Positions 1-8,706 of a stretch of 64,000 bases of DNA are shown here, one piece after another (within the stretch, counting starts at the first letter, position 1; each line of letters starts with the position of its first letter). Location: IMG/VR virus record IMGVR_UViG_3300005663_000028, positions 1 to 64,000 of that record; one strand, written 5' to 3'. The notes beneath the pieces were generated by a model that saw only the letters and a program-made list of their open reading frames with translations, did no database searches and had not been told where the DNA came from. Both the position numbers and the translations under genes were made by a program. The stretch is from a virus.

Positions 1-138
1 TTTGTGTAGTCCAACAGTTCCAAATCTCCTCTCAATTCCCTCTGGATTTCCTGTACTTTGGGCAACAACTTTTTCGCACACCAATCCATCCGCGATATCT
101 CGGACACATTGGGATAAACTTAGTCCAATCAGCTTCAT
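1..138 (-). CDS. hypothetical protein, runs off the window edge
   Basis: ATG at 138 with an AGGA SD; open to the edge (MKLIGLSLSQCVRDIADG...). Not in the ORF track. Confidence 0.4.
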   Translation of the reverse strand, partial: MKLIGLSLSQCVRDIADGLVCEKVVAQSTGNPEGIERRFGTVGLHK

Positions 139-180
139 ATTACTGTTCCTTCCAAAAACAAGTGTCCAATTACGGATAAT

Positions 181-513
181 TTAGGCATGCCCCAATAGGC
201 CGAATCTATCGTAATATGCTGGTTTAGCGAGATACCTACTACTTCTTCTTAAATCCCACCATAACAACACATTGCCTACGTTTATCACCCCTAAAAGCAA
301 GAAAAGCCACCATGTCAACAACACAAACAGACCAATAATCACCACTTCTAGAGCCAGTGACCCCAAATACATAAGTTCACTCACCCACCTACAGACACGG
401 TCGGTCCTAGACGCTTTGACCATCCGTATACTTCCCGCTGACCACCACTCAGGTTCTGGTTTGCCTTCAAATGGCCATTTCGGCGATTGTGTGTGAGGGT
501 TGATATTTGTCAT
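181..513 (-). CDS. hypothetical membrane protein
   Basis: ORF 181..522; ATG at 513 preferred (GAAGGG SD); long hydrophobic stretch. Confidence 0.55.
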   Translation of the reverse strand: MTNINPHTQSPKWPFEGKPEPEWWSAGSIRMVKASRTDRVCRWVSELMYLGSLALEVVIIGLFVLLTWWLFLLLGVINVGNVLLWWDLRRSSRYLAKPAYYDRFGLLGHA

Positions 514-755
514 TTCGTACACCCTTCAAAGACAAGTGTCCGGCTACAGACATATTGTTTCTACAACGTAGCAATCCAGTTTAGGACCATAAAGGTTAGT
601 CCCCACAGGATGGCTCCGGTAGAAAAACAATTGATACTTTTCTTGGCGACTCGGTTGGTGAAATTGCTTATGAGGGCACAGATCAGAAACATTATCCACC
701 CAATTACAAACGCTGCGCCATAGTTGACCATTTTTAGCACTCCTTCAGTATCCGA

Positions 756-1082
756 TTATGGACCAAATGGTAGGTTCGTAGCCTGATTGTGCTCGACGGC
801 TTTATTAACCAGTCGATTGAAGTTGTTGGATAGCCACTCAAAGTGAGGACATTCCGTTTTTTCGGCCAGTACCTCAGCAAGACCGGAAAGTAGACGCATA
901 ACCCCGACGGAGTCGATGGCCGCTCTTACCTGAACCTCACAAGCCTTCCTTCTCCAGTCGGTTCCTATTTCACCACAAGACACAGGTAGGGTCTCCTGTG
1001 CCATTTCCTTGAACATGTCCGATATGTCTTGGTAGAATTCTTGACCACCAGGATCATTCTCTTCAATACCCATATTGTTCAT
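756..1082 (-). CDS. hypothetical protein
   Basis: ORF 756..1100; ATG at 1082 after GGAAGGGG SD. Confidence 0.55.
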   Translation of the reverse strand: MNNMGIEENDPGGQEFYQDISDMFKEMAQETLPVSCGEIGTDWRRKACEVQVRAAIDSVGVMRLLSGLAEVLAEKTECPHFEWLSNNFNRLVNKAVEHNQATNLPFGP

Positions 1083-2026
1083 TTTTCGTACCCCTTCCAA
1101 ATCTTATACTTAGCAGGGACTTACTATCGCCTATTGCCTATCCCTGCCACTTTTCACCACCAGTCCCCATTACCTCCCACACACACGATAAAACATATAT
1201 AGGGGGTAAACGAGACTGGGATTGGATGCGACTTTGCAGCCGCGAAAGCGGTGTTTTTGACCCGATAAGACGTGTTTTTGTGCCACTAACCCTTATACCC
1301 AACATACACCCCACAAGCTTTTGGCAGGCGCCCCAAGTCCGAGCGCGATTTTTGTCCGGAATCTGTGTTTAAGATGCTTAGAATCCCCTTTTGTTACTAA
1401 CAACACCCTACACAGAACACTAAACCCCCAGGGGTGCAATTTTGGGTGACTTGCTCATAAACCCCACTGACGGTACTTAGAATCCACTTTTAGTACCAAT
1501 TACTCCTTATAACAACACAAACACACCCTACAAGGGTAATGAGGGTGCTATTTTTAGGGGTGCTTTTGGCAGGTGCCCGTTAGAGACAAACACCAAGAAT
1601 GTTTGATGGACCAAACATCCCTGAATACTATTCATAAATGAGTATCATACAGGAACAGAAGACCAGGAAATATGATACCATAAATATCACAAGGAAAACA
1701 AAGGGATGTAGGAACATCCAGTCAGCCATGCGTTTGTAAATCTTCATTCTGAGTCTCCCAAAGACACTTGCATGAGAATGCAAACGTTCTCTTACCCCTT
1801 CCCTGTTCTCCAGGTTCGTAGATTTCTGACCATTCTCTTAAAGTCAGCCGTTCTTGCTGAACAGTCGAGAATACCAATCAGACGATATGCCATTTCGTTG
1901 GCGGTGAGTTCTTTGATCTTTTTTACTTTCTTTGCCATGTCAATGACCCCTTAATTTGCTGGACTAGTCCTAAAACCCCGAAAGTCTTTGGAAAAACCCC
2001 GGATAGTTTATGGGAAGGGTGATTAG

Positions 2027-2197
2027 TTAGTTAGGGGTGATAACTACCACATTGGCGACGGTATCAAGAGATAGTTTGACTCTGACGCACATACGTCTCA
2101 TCCCGAACGATTCTGGCGTTTGGTCGCGATCCTCAAGTACTACATCGAGCGACGGATTAAACGTATTGAGCTTTTTTATCAATTCTTGTACTGTCAT
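2027..2197 (-). CDS. small hypothetical protein
   Basis: MTVQELIKKLNTFNPSLDVVL, an N-terminus typical of small phage proteins; GGAG SD. Confidence 0.55.
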   Translation of the reverse strand: MTVQELIKKLNTFNPSLDVVLEDRDQTPESFGMRRMCVRVKLSLDTVANVVVITPN

Positions 2198-2214
2198 TTC
2201 TTTCTCCAAGGTTG

Positions 2215-2310
2215 TTAGTTGAAGATGGCCGATAACAAATAATAACCCATAACAAATCCTACTATGAGTAGAATAATACTCTCGACAACAAGAGGAGTGT
2301 GTCTACTCAT
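2215..2310 (-). CDS. small membrane peptide (31 aa)
   Basis: manual translation MSRHTPLVVESIILLIVGFVMGYYLLSAIFN; purine-rich SD; abuts the next gene. Confidence 0.45.
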   Translation of the reverse strand: MSRHTPLVVESIILLIVGFVMGYYLLSAIFN

Positions 2311-3832
2311 TTTTCTTCCCTTCCAAAAGACGACGACCCGTGGTACATGATTCTAGACTGTGACACCCAGTAGGGCTTTTGTCAAATATAAATCGCTTAC
2401 CTTTGACTTGGACAAGCTTACTGGGGGTAGAACCCCCGTTCGTCCCCTTTCGATTCCGCGCGCAGGTAGAGACGCATTTTCACCCTTTAGGATATATTAT
2501 AACTCCACTACGTCGGTTAGCTAGACCAACAAGGTAGTTAATCCCAGAGCCGCAATCCCCAATACTGGCAATAGATGCCGACGTTAGCGTCTCACCCCTA
2601 TACCATACAGAGCCGTCGGATGTGACTAGAAATAATACATTTCTCCTTCAGCTAAACCACAGTCCAGAATCACATACCACAACAAAAAAAGAGACCGGAC
2701 GGGCAGGCTTCGGCACGATTTATTAACCCATCCTTCATTCACGGGATCATTCTTCCGCCCCGTATAGGCTTGCCACAGCATTACCCGTCGACAGAGAGTT
2801 AAGGGTCGACGCCGCTCTAGGCCACATTCCCGCCCGATCTCAAAAATTGGCAAGCTAACCCACCAAACTTGCCACACGAATAAGGCACTTTGCAGTGCGA
2901 CACCCTCCGAAGAGAATGTCTTACCCGCATTCCCGGCCCATTAGGCCCTAACCGCTGCTTTTTTATGGACTACGCCCTAGCAGATAAATCTAGCTATCTG
3001 TTAATCCAGGACGGTTTCTTGAGTCCTTAACTTAACGACCAATCAAAGCCGAAACAGTCTCGCTAGACGAGATATATCTGTTTCTAAACTCCGTTTGTCG
3101 TGTCGCGCCGTTCAGCTACAAAAAAATCGCGACTACGAATACTGCCCGTATTCGCGCCACGACCTATAATGCCATTCCGACATGCGAAGAATTGTTCCAC
3201 CTATCAAACTTTCGGACCGAATATACCGCCAGCAACAGGACATTAGACCGGAAAGAAAGAATTGACAGTTTAGCAATTACTAGACATGCCCTTGGAAAAT
3301 TGCCTATCACGCGACAATAAAAAACCTACACTACTACGACCAGACGGCTTACCATAACGTACATCTGATAGTGAACACGACCTACCCTTTTCTGTCTTGC
3401 TATCCGGGGCTGTACCGGAACCGTGCGCCACAAACTAGGAATCGTGCCGATAATACGTTACTTGACCCGCCCGCGCAATTATAGCGTAGACTAAGTCCGC
3501 ATTTCGGACTTTACGTTCTGTCGCCTCTAAGACTGGCGTTCGACCGATAACTGTTTGCCCCGCCTGGAACCGGACGGACGCACGTCCTGCGCGACCATCG
3601 GACTGTATGACGGCAATTATCAGACTACTACCCAACCCCGTCCGGGGATACCCGACGCTTATCGGACTTCCCGCTGTGATTGGTTATGGGACGTGCTGAC
3701 GATATATTTTTCGCCTATAACGATAAAGTGCTACTTTACCAAACACGTCTGATTCTGACTAATAAGCCAGAATACCCATCGAGACGCGCCCCGCCATCGA
3801 GGCGCGCGTGCGACAGATACTCCATATCGGAC

Positions 3833-4156
3833 CTACTTGCCCAGTTTCTTGAGCGCCATACGGGTAGCGCCAATACCGTTCCGACGTCCGAGAATCGACT
3901 CGGCAATGACGGCGGCACTATCGGACCCAAAGCCCAGATCGCGCGGTGGAGTGTACCGACTTTTCGTGCCCTCCTCGATCTGACGCTCATACGTTTCCCA
4001 CGTTAACTTGAGCGCGGCTTGAGCATCGTCGAGACTGTCGTACTTAGACGCGGCATTCATAATGGCCGCATTTTGAGCGTAGACAGCGGCATTAGCCTTA
4101 AATTCGGTAGACCCAAATCCCGTTGACGTTCCGGTAGTCTGTGCGGTTTGTGACAT
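3833..4156 (-). CDS. hypothetical protein behind a long structured leader
   Basis: ORF 3833..4243; ATG at 4156 has a GGAGA SD; Ala-rich helical sequence. Confidence 0.6.
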   Translation of the reverse strand: MSQTAQTTGTSTGFGSTEFKANAAVYAQNAAIMNAASKYDSLDDAQAALKLTWETYERQIEEGTKSRYTPPRDLGFGSDSAAVIAESILGRRNGIGATRMALKKLGK

Positions 4157-4366
4157 TGACTTTTCTCCAATGTTAGACCGTCCCCAGACGAGACTACACC
4201 GTCCCGACCAGGGACGGACAAGTAGAATCTTATCGGAACTCATATTCGGACTTACATTGCGTAAGCCACCTGTTATCGGTCCCTTGCGGGACTTCGGTAT
4301 GTCCGCTTTTTTTGGGACGTTCTGAAACGTCCCTTTTCTGTAGGATGTTTTTTATTCCTACATAAT

Positions 4367-4395
4367 ACTATACCCCTAGTTATACAACCTGTCAA
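4367..4395 (-). promoter_or_regulatory. sigma70-type promoter TTGACA-17-TATAGT
   Basis: -35 at 4390-4395, -10 at 4367-4372, exact 17-bp spacer. Confidence 0.8.
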
Positions 4396-4978
4396 GGCGC
4401 GCCCGGAAATAGATTTTCGCCGTTTTTGGGCTTGAATCCACGATGTTATCGTCCAATTACCGATAATCTGCGATTGTAACAACGTCCGGATTTTTCGCTC
4501 ATTTATCGATCGTCTTCCTATAATATCTTCGTTATTCGCTCAAAATCCATTGTTTTATCGGAAAGTCCTATATTATAGGTTACGCGAGACCTATAACGTG
4601 CCATTTTGGGTCTGATAACCATGAAAAATGCGATATTATTGGTTAATACCTATAAGTCATGGTCCTATAACTCGAAAAGGTCGAAATTTTGGCTAAAAAT
4701 CGACACATTCTCGGACAGAGTAAACTATTATTGGCCTCGTCCGATAAAAACCCACGGCCCAACGTCCTATAATGAGAACCCTAGATTCCCCCTCTCGGGG
4801 CACCGCCCAACGTCCGATAATTAGCCAGACCCAAAAGGTCCGATAAAGTTGGACCAACGTGCGTCCGATAATGATTTGCGGAAAGAGGCCGATAACGTCC
4901 CTTTGTGCGAAAAAAAATAGGACCGAAGGTTGTGCATTCCCACGGTCCCGTAACCTATTGTACTCAACACGTCCGATA

Positions 4979-5596
4979 TTACGGATCGTCGCGCCATCGG
5001 TCCGATAAACCGCCGAACCTATACTTGTCCGATAACTTGTCGAGAACCTTATCGGTCCAGAACATGTCGAATGGATTATCGGTCTCTTCCAGTGTCACTT
5101 CAAGACCGTTGATTCCGATAACACGAAATGGCCGACACCTGCCGTCCGATAATAGCCAGTCCAGCAGATGTTCGCCGATGTTCCGATAATTGTGGTAAAT
5201 ATAGTCGCCGATTATCGGTCGTTTGTGTTTTATCGTTAGTCCGATATCCGCACAGTGCCGAAGTCTCGCCAACGCCCGATAATACTTGAATGGAATCTCG
5301 ATCGTCGTTTGCGCCTTATCGGTCACATTCTCGCCATCGCCCTGCGCACGTCCGATTTTCGGACCATCATCTTCCTTGTCGGTCGTTGTGTTGGATTCGA
5401 TCGCCGCGACTCGGTCCAATAATCCGTCGATTTGCGACAAGTGCGCGCCGTGTTGTTCTGTCATTTTTTCCAGTATCGCTTGATGGCCCGATAACTGCTG
5501 GACAATCTTATCGGTCATTGCGTTTGCCGCGTCCGATAATCTCAGAACTGATTTTTCGAGATAATCAATTCTCTCTTCAATTGTTCTTTCACACAT
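4979..5596 (-). CDS. hypothetical protein (N-terminal coiled coil; C-terminal domain paralogous to 5832..6158)
   Basis: ORF 4979..5632; ATG at 5596 has a GGAG SD. Confidence 0.6.
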   Translation of the reverse strand: MCERTIEERIDYLEKSVLRLSDAANAMTDKIVQQLSGHQAILEKMTEQHGAHLSQIDGLLDRVAAIESNTTTDKEDDGPKIGRAQGDGENVTDKAQTTIEIPFKYYRALARLRHCADIGLTIKHKRPIIGDYIYHNYRNIGEHLLDWLLSDGRCRPFRVIGINGLEVTLEETDNPFDMFWTDKVLDKLSDKYRFGGLSDRWRDDP

Positions 5597-5610
5597 ATTA
5601 TCGCTCCTTG

Positions 5611-5793
5611 TTATCTGTCCGATATTGTCCACTCTATCGTACCGACAGCACAGTCCGATAATGGTAGATGGTCTTGGCCGTGGTCCGGTAATCTACGTCG
5701 CAGGAGTTTGTCTATTATCGGTCTTTCCCATAGCGTGCCCCATGAGGTTCCGATAACCTGTAAATCCTCGTATGTTAGGTGATAGCGTGGCAT
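5611..5793 (-). CDS. hypothetical protein
   Basis: ATG at 5793 with a GGGG SD, in the minus-strand gene train. Confidence 0.5.
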   Translation of the reverse strand: MPRYHLTYEDLQVIGTSWGTLWERPIIDKLLRRRLPDHGQDHLPLSDCAVGTIEWTISDR

Positions 5794-5831
5794 ATTATCG
5801 CCCCCCTGTTTTCCCGTGGCGCTCGCGCCAC

Positions 5832-6158
5832 TTATAAGTTGTTGTTCCACTTGTCCCACAAATGCGACAGACCCGCGTCGTCCGATAACTGCTGGGTGAT
5901 CTTATCGGTCCAGTGCGCGCCATTCGGATTGTCGGATAGTCCCAATTTGACATAGTCGCCTTGTTGTTCGATAATCTCGAACATCGTGCCGTGCGATTTG
6001 GTTTGGTCTGATAACCACTTTTTTAGGTTATCGACCCATCGCCCGTAAACGAACGAGAGAACCGATTTGTTGTCCGATAATCTGTTCATCTGGACTAGCG
6101 AAATATAAAATCCCGCTGGAATTGTCAGTCCGATAATCACTACCTGTACTGTCGCCAT
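5832..6158 (-). CDS. hypothetical protein
   Basis: ORF with GGGAG SD; shares DNP..WTDK...LSD motif with the 4979 gene. Confidence 0.6.
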   Translation of the reverse strand: MATVQVVIIGLTIPAGFYISLVQMNRLSDNKSVLSFVYGRWVDNLKKWLSDQTKSHGTMFEIIEQQGDYVKLGLSDNPNGAHWTDKITQQLSDDAGLSHLWDKWNNNL

Positions 6159-6232
6159 GTTATCGCTCCCTTTTTCGTGATTTTTCGTCTGATAAAAACG
6201 CGTTCATTTCACGTTATCGGCTTGTCCGATAA

Positions 6233-6607
6233 CTACTGCCCTGCGCTGCCCACCAAAACACCGCGCGTCAACCGCCGATTGCGCTCGCTTTCGACCACCG
6301 CCCGATAATTGACCTTCCCTACCGTATCCGACTCATCGACGTCCGAAAACATAAAGTTTCCGAGATAGCCGAATTCGTTGCCCAAGCGTCTGATAAGCGC
6401 TTTTTTCGCTGACTCCCGGTTTGCGCCGAATTCGCAGGCGCCATATAATGCGCTGTGAAACGGACCGACGACGACGCATAGGCAACCGCCGATAACCTTT
6501 TCGTACCGATACCGCACGGTCTTTGCTCGCGCCCGCTTATAGAACACCCCTTCGTCCGATAAGGGTTTGTTCCGTTTCGCTGTGTGTCCGATAACATGCC
6601 TGCCCAT
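6233..6607 (-). CDS. hypothetical protein
   Basis: 124-aa ORF directly downstream of the promoter at 6655-6683; GGAG SD. Confidence 0.6.
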   Translation of the reverse strand: MGRHVIGHTAKRNKPLSDEGVFYKRARAKTVRYRYEKVIGGCLCVVVGPFHSALYGACEFGANRESAKKALIRRLGNEFGYLGNFMFSDVDESDTVGKVNYRAVVESERNRRLTRGVLVGSAGQ

Positions 6608-6654
6608 GATACGCTCCCAAAAGTCCCAATAATTGTCTGCTGCCGTTTACACCG

Positions 6655-6683
6655 ATTCTAGGCGCCCGATATTGGGAAGTCAA
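6655..6683 (-). promoter_or_regulatory. sigma70-type promoter TTGACT-17-TAGAAT
   Basis: -35 at 6678-6683, -10 at 6655-6660, 17-bp spacer; CCGATAA copy at 6687-6693 next to the -35. Confidence 0.75.
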
Positions 6684-6716
6684 GGACCGATAAAAGAATT
6701 TTCACTTTTGGTCCTA

Positions 6717-6956
6717 TCATATCCCGGCCCAAACAGAGGTCCGATCAGTTTCACTGGGTCTCAGGTCCGATAAAACACACCCGGAGTAAACCCGCGCGTT
6801 GAGGTCCGATAACTTGCAGTACGCCCGATAACCTTTGGCTCCGCGCACAAAAAAGCGGCCCGATAATAGAGCCGCTTGTTGGGTTTCAACCGCTGAATAT
6901 GTCGGTCCATTGTGTGTCACAATTGACACAACATGCACGTTGGCGAACAACGCCAT
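6717..6956 (-). CDS. hypothetical protein
   Basis: ORF 6717..7025; internal ATG at 6956; overlaps the end of the upstream ORF. Confidence 0.4.
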   Translation of the reverse strand: MALFANVHVVSIVTHNGPTYSAVETQQAALLSGRFFVRGAKGYRAYCKLSDLNARVYSGCVLSDLRPSETDRTSVWAGI

Positions 6957-7236
6957 TATCGGTCCTTGGGGCACCGATGCCAACGACAACGTCCGATATA
7001 AAACACTCTGGACAGACATCGACATCGTCCACGTTATCGGCCCTAACGCTGTGATTGCGGAAGGTACGTCCGATAAGTCTCACACCTAGGTGTCCGCTAT
7101 CGTATCCACCTTGCCAAGCGATCGCGAGGCCAACGTCAACCGCCTCGATCGATTCGATAACACGTCGTGCCGACTCGGAGCACATACCTTGTCGCCTTGC
7201 CGTTGTCCCGTAGTCAAATGCTTCGTGTTCGTTCAT
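6886..7236 (-). CDS. hypothetical protein with C-terminal zinc ribbon
   Basis: CPEC...CVNC pair; GGGAG SD. Confidence 0.5.
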   Translation of the reverse strand: MNEHEAFDYGTTARRQGMCSESARRVIESIEAVDVGLAIAWQGGYDSGHLGVRLIGRTFRNHSVRADNVDDVDVCPECFISDVVVGIGAPRTDNGVVRQRACCVNCDTQWTDIFSG

Positions 7237-7252
7237 AGCACACCTACGCTCC

Positions 7253-7543
7253 CTAAATGATTGGTCCTATAACCACGTCGTTTGCCCATTCGCGGAATCC
7301 ACCGCAACGTCTGATAACATCCATGTCCACCGGACGAATACTTGTGCCTAGTTCGCCGGTCAGCGAGTCGCGTCCGATAGCTACTATTTCTCCCGTAGAT
7401 AGCCTAATCGTCACAGACCCATCACCGTCCGATAACGTCAATGCCGCGAGTCGTCCATAGGACATGGCCATAACGTCCGAGAACATGGTGTATGTCAATT
7501 CTGGGAAAGGTCCGTTTTTCGGTATTGTGATTGTCGCGAGCAT
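7253..7543 (-). CDS. hypothetical protein
   Basis: ATG at 7543 with an AAGG SD. Confidence 0.55.
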   Translation of the reverse strand: MLATITIPKNGPFPELTYTMFSDVMAMSYGRLAALTLSDGDGSVTIRLSTGEIVAIGRDSLTGELGTSIRPVDMDVIRRCGGFREWANDVVIGPII

Positions 7544-7570
7544 GATACACAACCTTTCTTGTTATCGGCC

Positions 7571-7765
7571 CTAGTCGGCCGAGCAATAATCATAGTAGTC
7601 ATGCGGACCATGGATTTCTAGTTCCGATATTCGCCCCGAATCTAGTTCATCGGCGGCATATTCTCGGGCTTTGGCAAGGTCCGAAAACGAACGCGTTTTG
7701 TACTTCCGCAAACGGGTCGGTGTTTTCAGGTGGCACACAACGTCGTATTTTTCGGTCGTTTGCAT
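7571..7765 (-). CDS. hypothetical protein
   Basis: ATG at 7765 with an AAGGGAG SD. Confidence 0.55.
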   Translation of the reverse strand: MQTTEKYDVVCHLKTPTRLRKYKTRSFSDLAKAREYAADELDSGRISELEIHGPHDYYDYCSAD

Positions 7766-7779
7766 AATACAGTCTCCCT

Positions 7780-7866
7780 TTACAAAGAGTTGAGATCGGA
7801 AAGAATGTCCGAGAACCAAAACCATCCAACCGCCACCAACACGAGTCCGATAATAAGCACTGTCAT
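7780..7866 (-). CDS. small membrane peptide (28 aa)
   Basis: MTVLIIGLVLVAVGWFWFSD...; the start at 7866 removes the overlap with the upstream gene. Confidence 0.45.
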   Translation of the reverse strand: MTVLIIGLVLVAVGWFWFSDILSDLNSL

Positions 7867-7870
7867 TGCC

Positions 7871-8134
7871 CTATCCCTTCTCGTCGAATGTTCCGTCACT
7901 CGCCTGTACCACGTCACCCGATGCACGATACCATCCATCGGCCCAATTGTCGAACGCGGTGTCACCGATCGGCGATGTCGTTGGCATTGTGTCGCCTGCG
8001 AGGTAGCCGAAGTATCCGGTTTTGAATTCAGGTCGCTTCCGATCGAATCGTGCGTAATGCTTCGCGTAATGTTTCGTCCAATTGAATCCGGCGTCGGCTA
8101 GTTTCTGTATTGCTTGTCCTGTCCCGTCGTTCAT
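7871..8134 (-). CDS. hypothetical protein
   Basis: ATG at 8134 with a GGGAG SD. Confidence 0.55.
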   Translation of the reverse strand: MNDGTGQAIQKLADAGFNWTKHYAKHYARFDRKRPEFKTGYFGYLAGDTMPTTSPIGDTAFDNWADGWYRASGDVVQASDGTFDEKG

Positions 8135-8156
8135 GGCTTGCTCCCTTCGTCCGATA

Positions 8157-8291
8157 TTAGCCCCGATACTGCATCGAGAACGCTCCCTTGATACACCCGA
8201 TAACAATCACCGCTACGATACACAAGGCGAACCGAGTAAGGTCCGAAAACATCCATTCGCCCGCTTCCATGATCGCTTGTTCGATGTTCAT
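8157..8291 (-). CDS. small membrane protein (44 aa), first gene of the leftward arm
   Basis: manual translation MNIEQAIMEAGEWMFSDLTRFALCIVAVIVIGCIKGAFSMQYRG; GGGAG SD; downstream of the promoter at 8327-8355. Confidence 0.55.
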   Translation of the reverse strand: MNIEQAIMEAGEWMFSDLTRFALCIVAVIVIGCIKGAFSMQYRG

Positions 8292-8326
8292 CGCTTTGCT
8301 CCCGTTGGCCACCGTCGGCCAATTGA

Positions 8327-8355
8327 ATTGTAGGATACGATCGGCGCGGATGCAA
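8327..8355 (-). promoter_or_regulatory. sigma70-type promoter TTGCAT-17-TACAAT
   Basis: -35 at 8350-8355, -10 at 8327-8332, 17-bp spacer. Confidence 0.65.
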
Positions 8356-8443
8356 AAACATTGCCAAGAAAACTTTTGGTCCGATAACTCTGCCCTGGTC
8401 GGTGGTGCTCGCTCCCAGATAGGGGGAGTAGAGGTAACGTCAC

Positions 8444-8706
8444 GTCACGAGGTAGGGTCACGAGGTAGGTAGGGTCACGAGGTAGGTAGGGTCACGAGGT
8501 AGGTAGGGTCACGAGGTAGGTAGGGTCACGAGGTAGGTAGGGTCACGAGGTAGGTAGGGTCACGAGGTAGGTAGGGTCACGAGGTAGGTAGGGTCACGAG
8601 GTAGGTAGGGTCACGAGGTAGGTAGGGTCACGAGGTAGGTAGGGTCACGAGGTAGGTAGGGTCACGAGGTAGGTAGGGTCACGAGGTAGGTAGGGTCACG
8701 AGGTAG
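8444..8706. repeat. 17-bp tandem repeat GTCACGAGGTAGGTAGG
   Basis: 14 perfect units (8457-8694) plus partial units at both ends. Confidence 0.97.

Noticed and set aside
2440-2470. tRNA suggested by a TTCGATTCC T-loop-like string
   Set aside because: No T-stem, acceptor stem or cloverleaf can be built; no tRNA was found by eye anywhere in the window
8131-8472. ORF-track calls 8131..8367 and 8188..8472
   Set aside because: A better SD-led 44-aa ORF (8157..8291) downstream of a sigma70 promoter occupies the region; the longer ORFs cross the promoter or the repeat
8444-8706. CRISPR array
   Set aside because: The units are contiguous and identical with no spacers, and no cas genes are in the window
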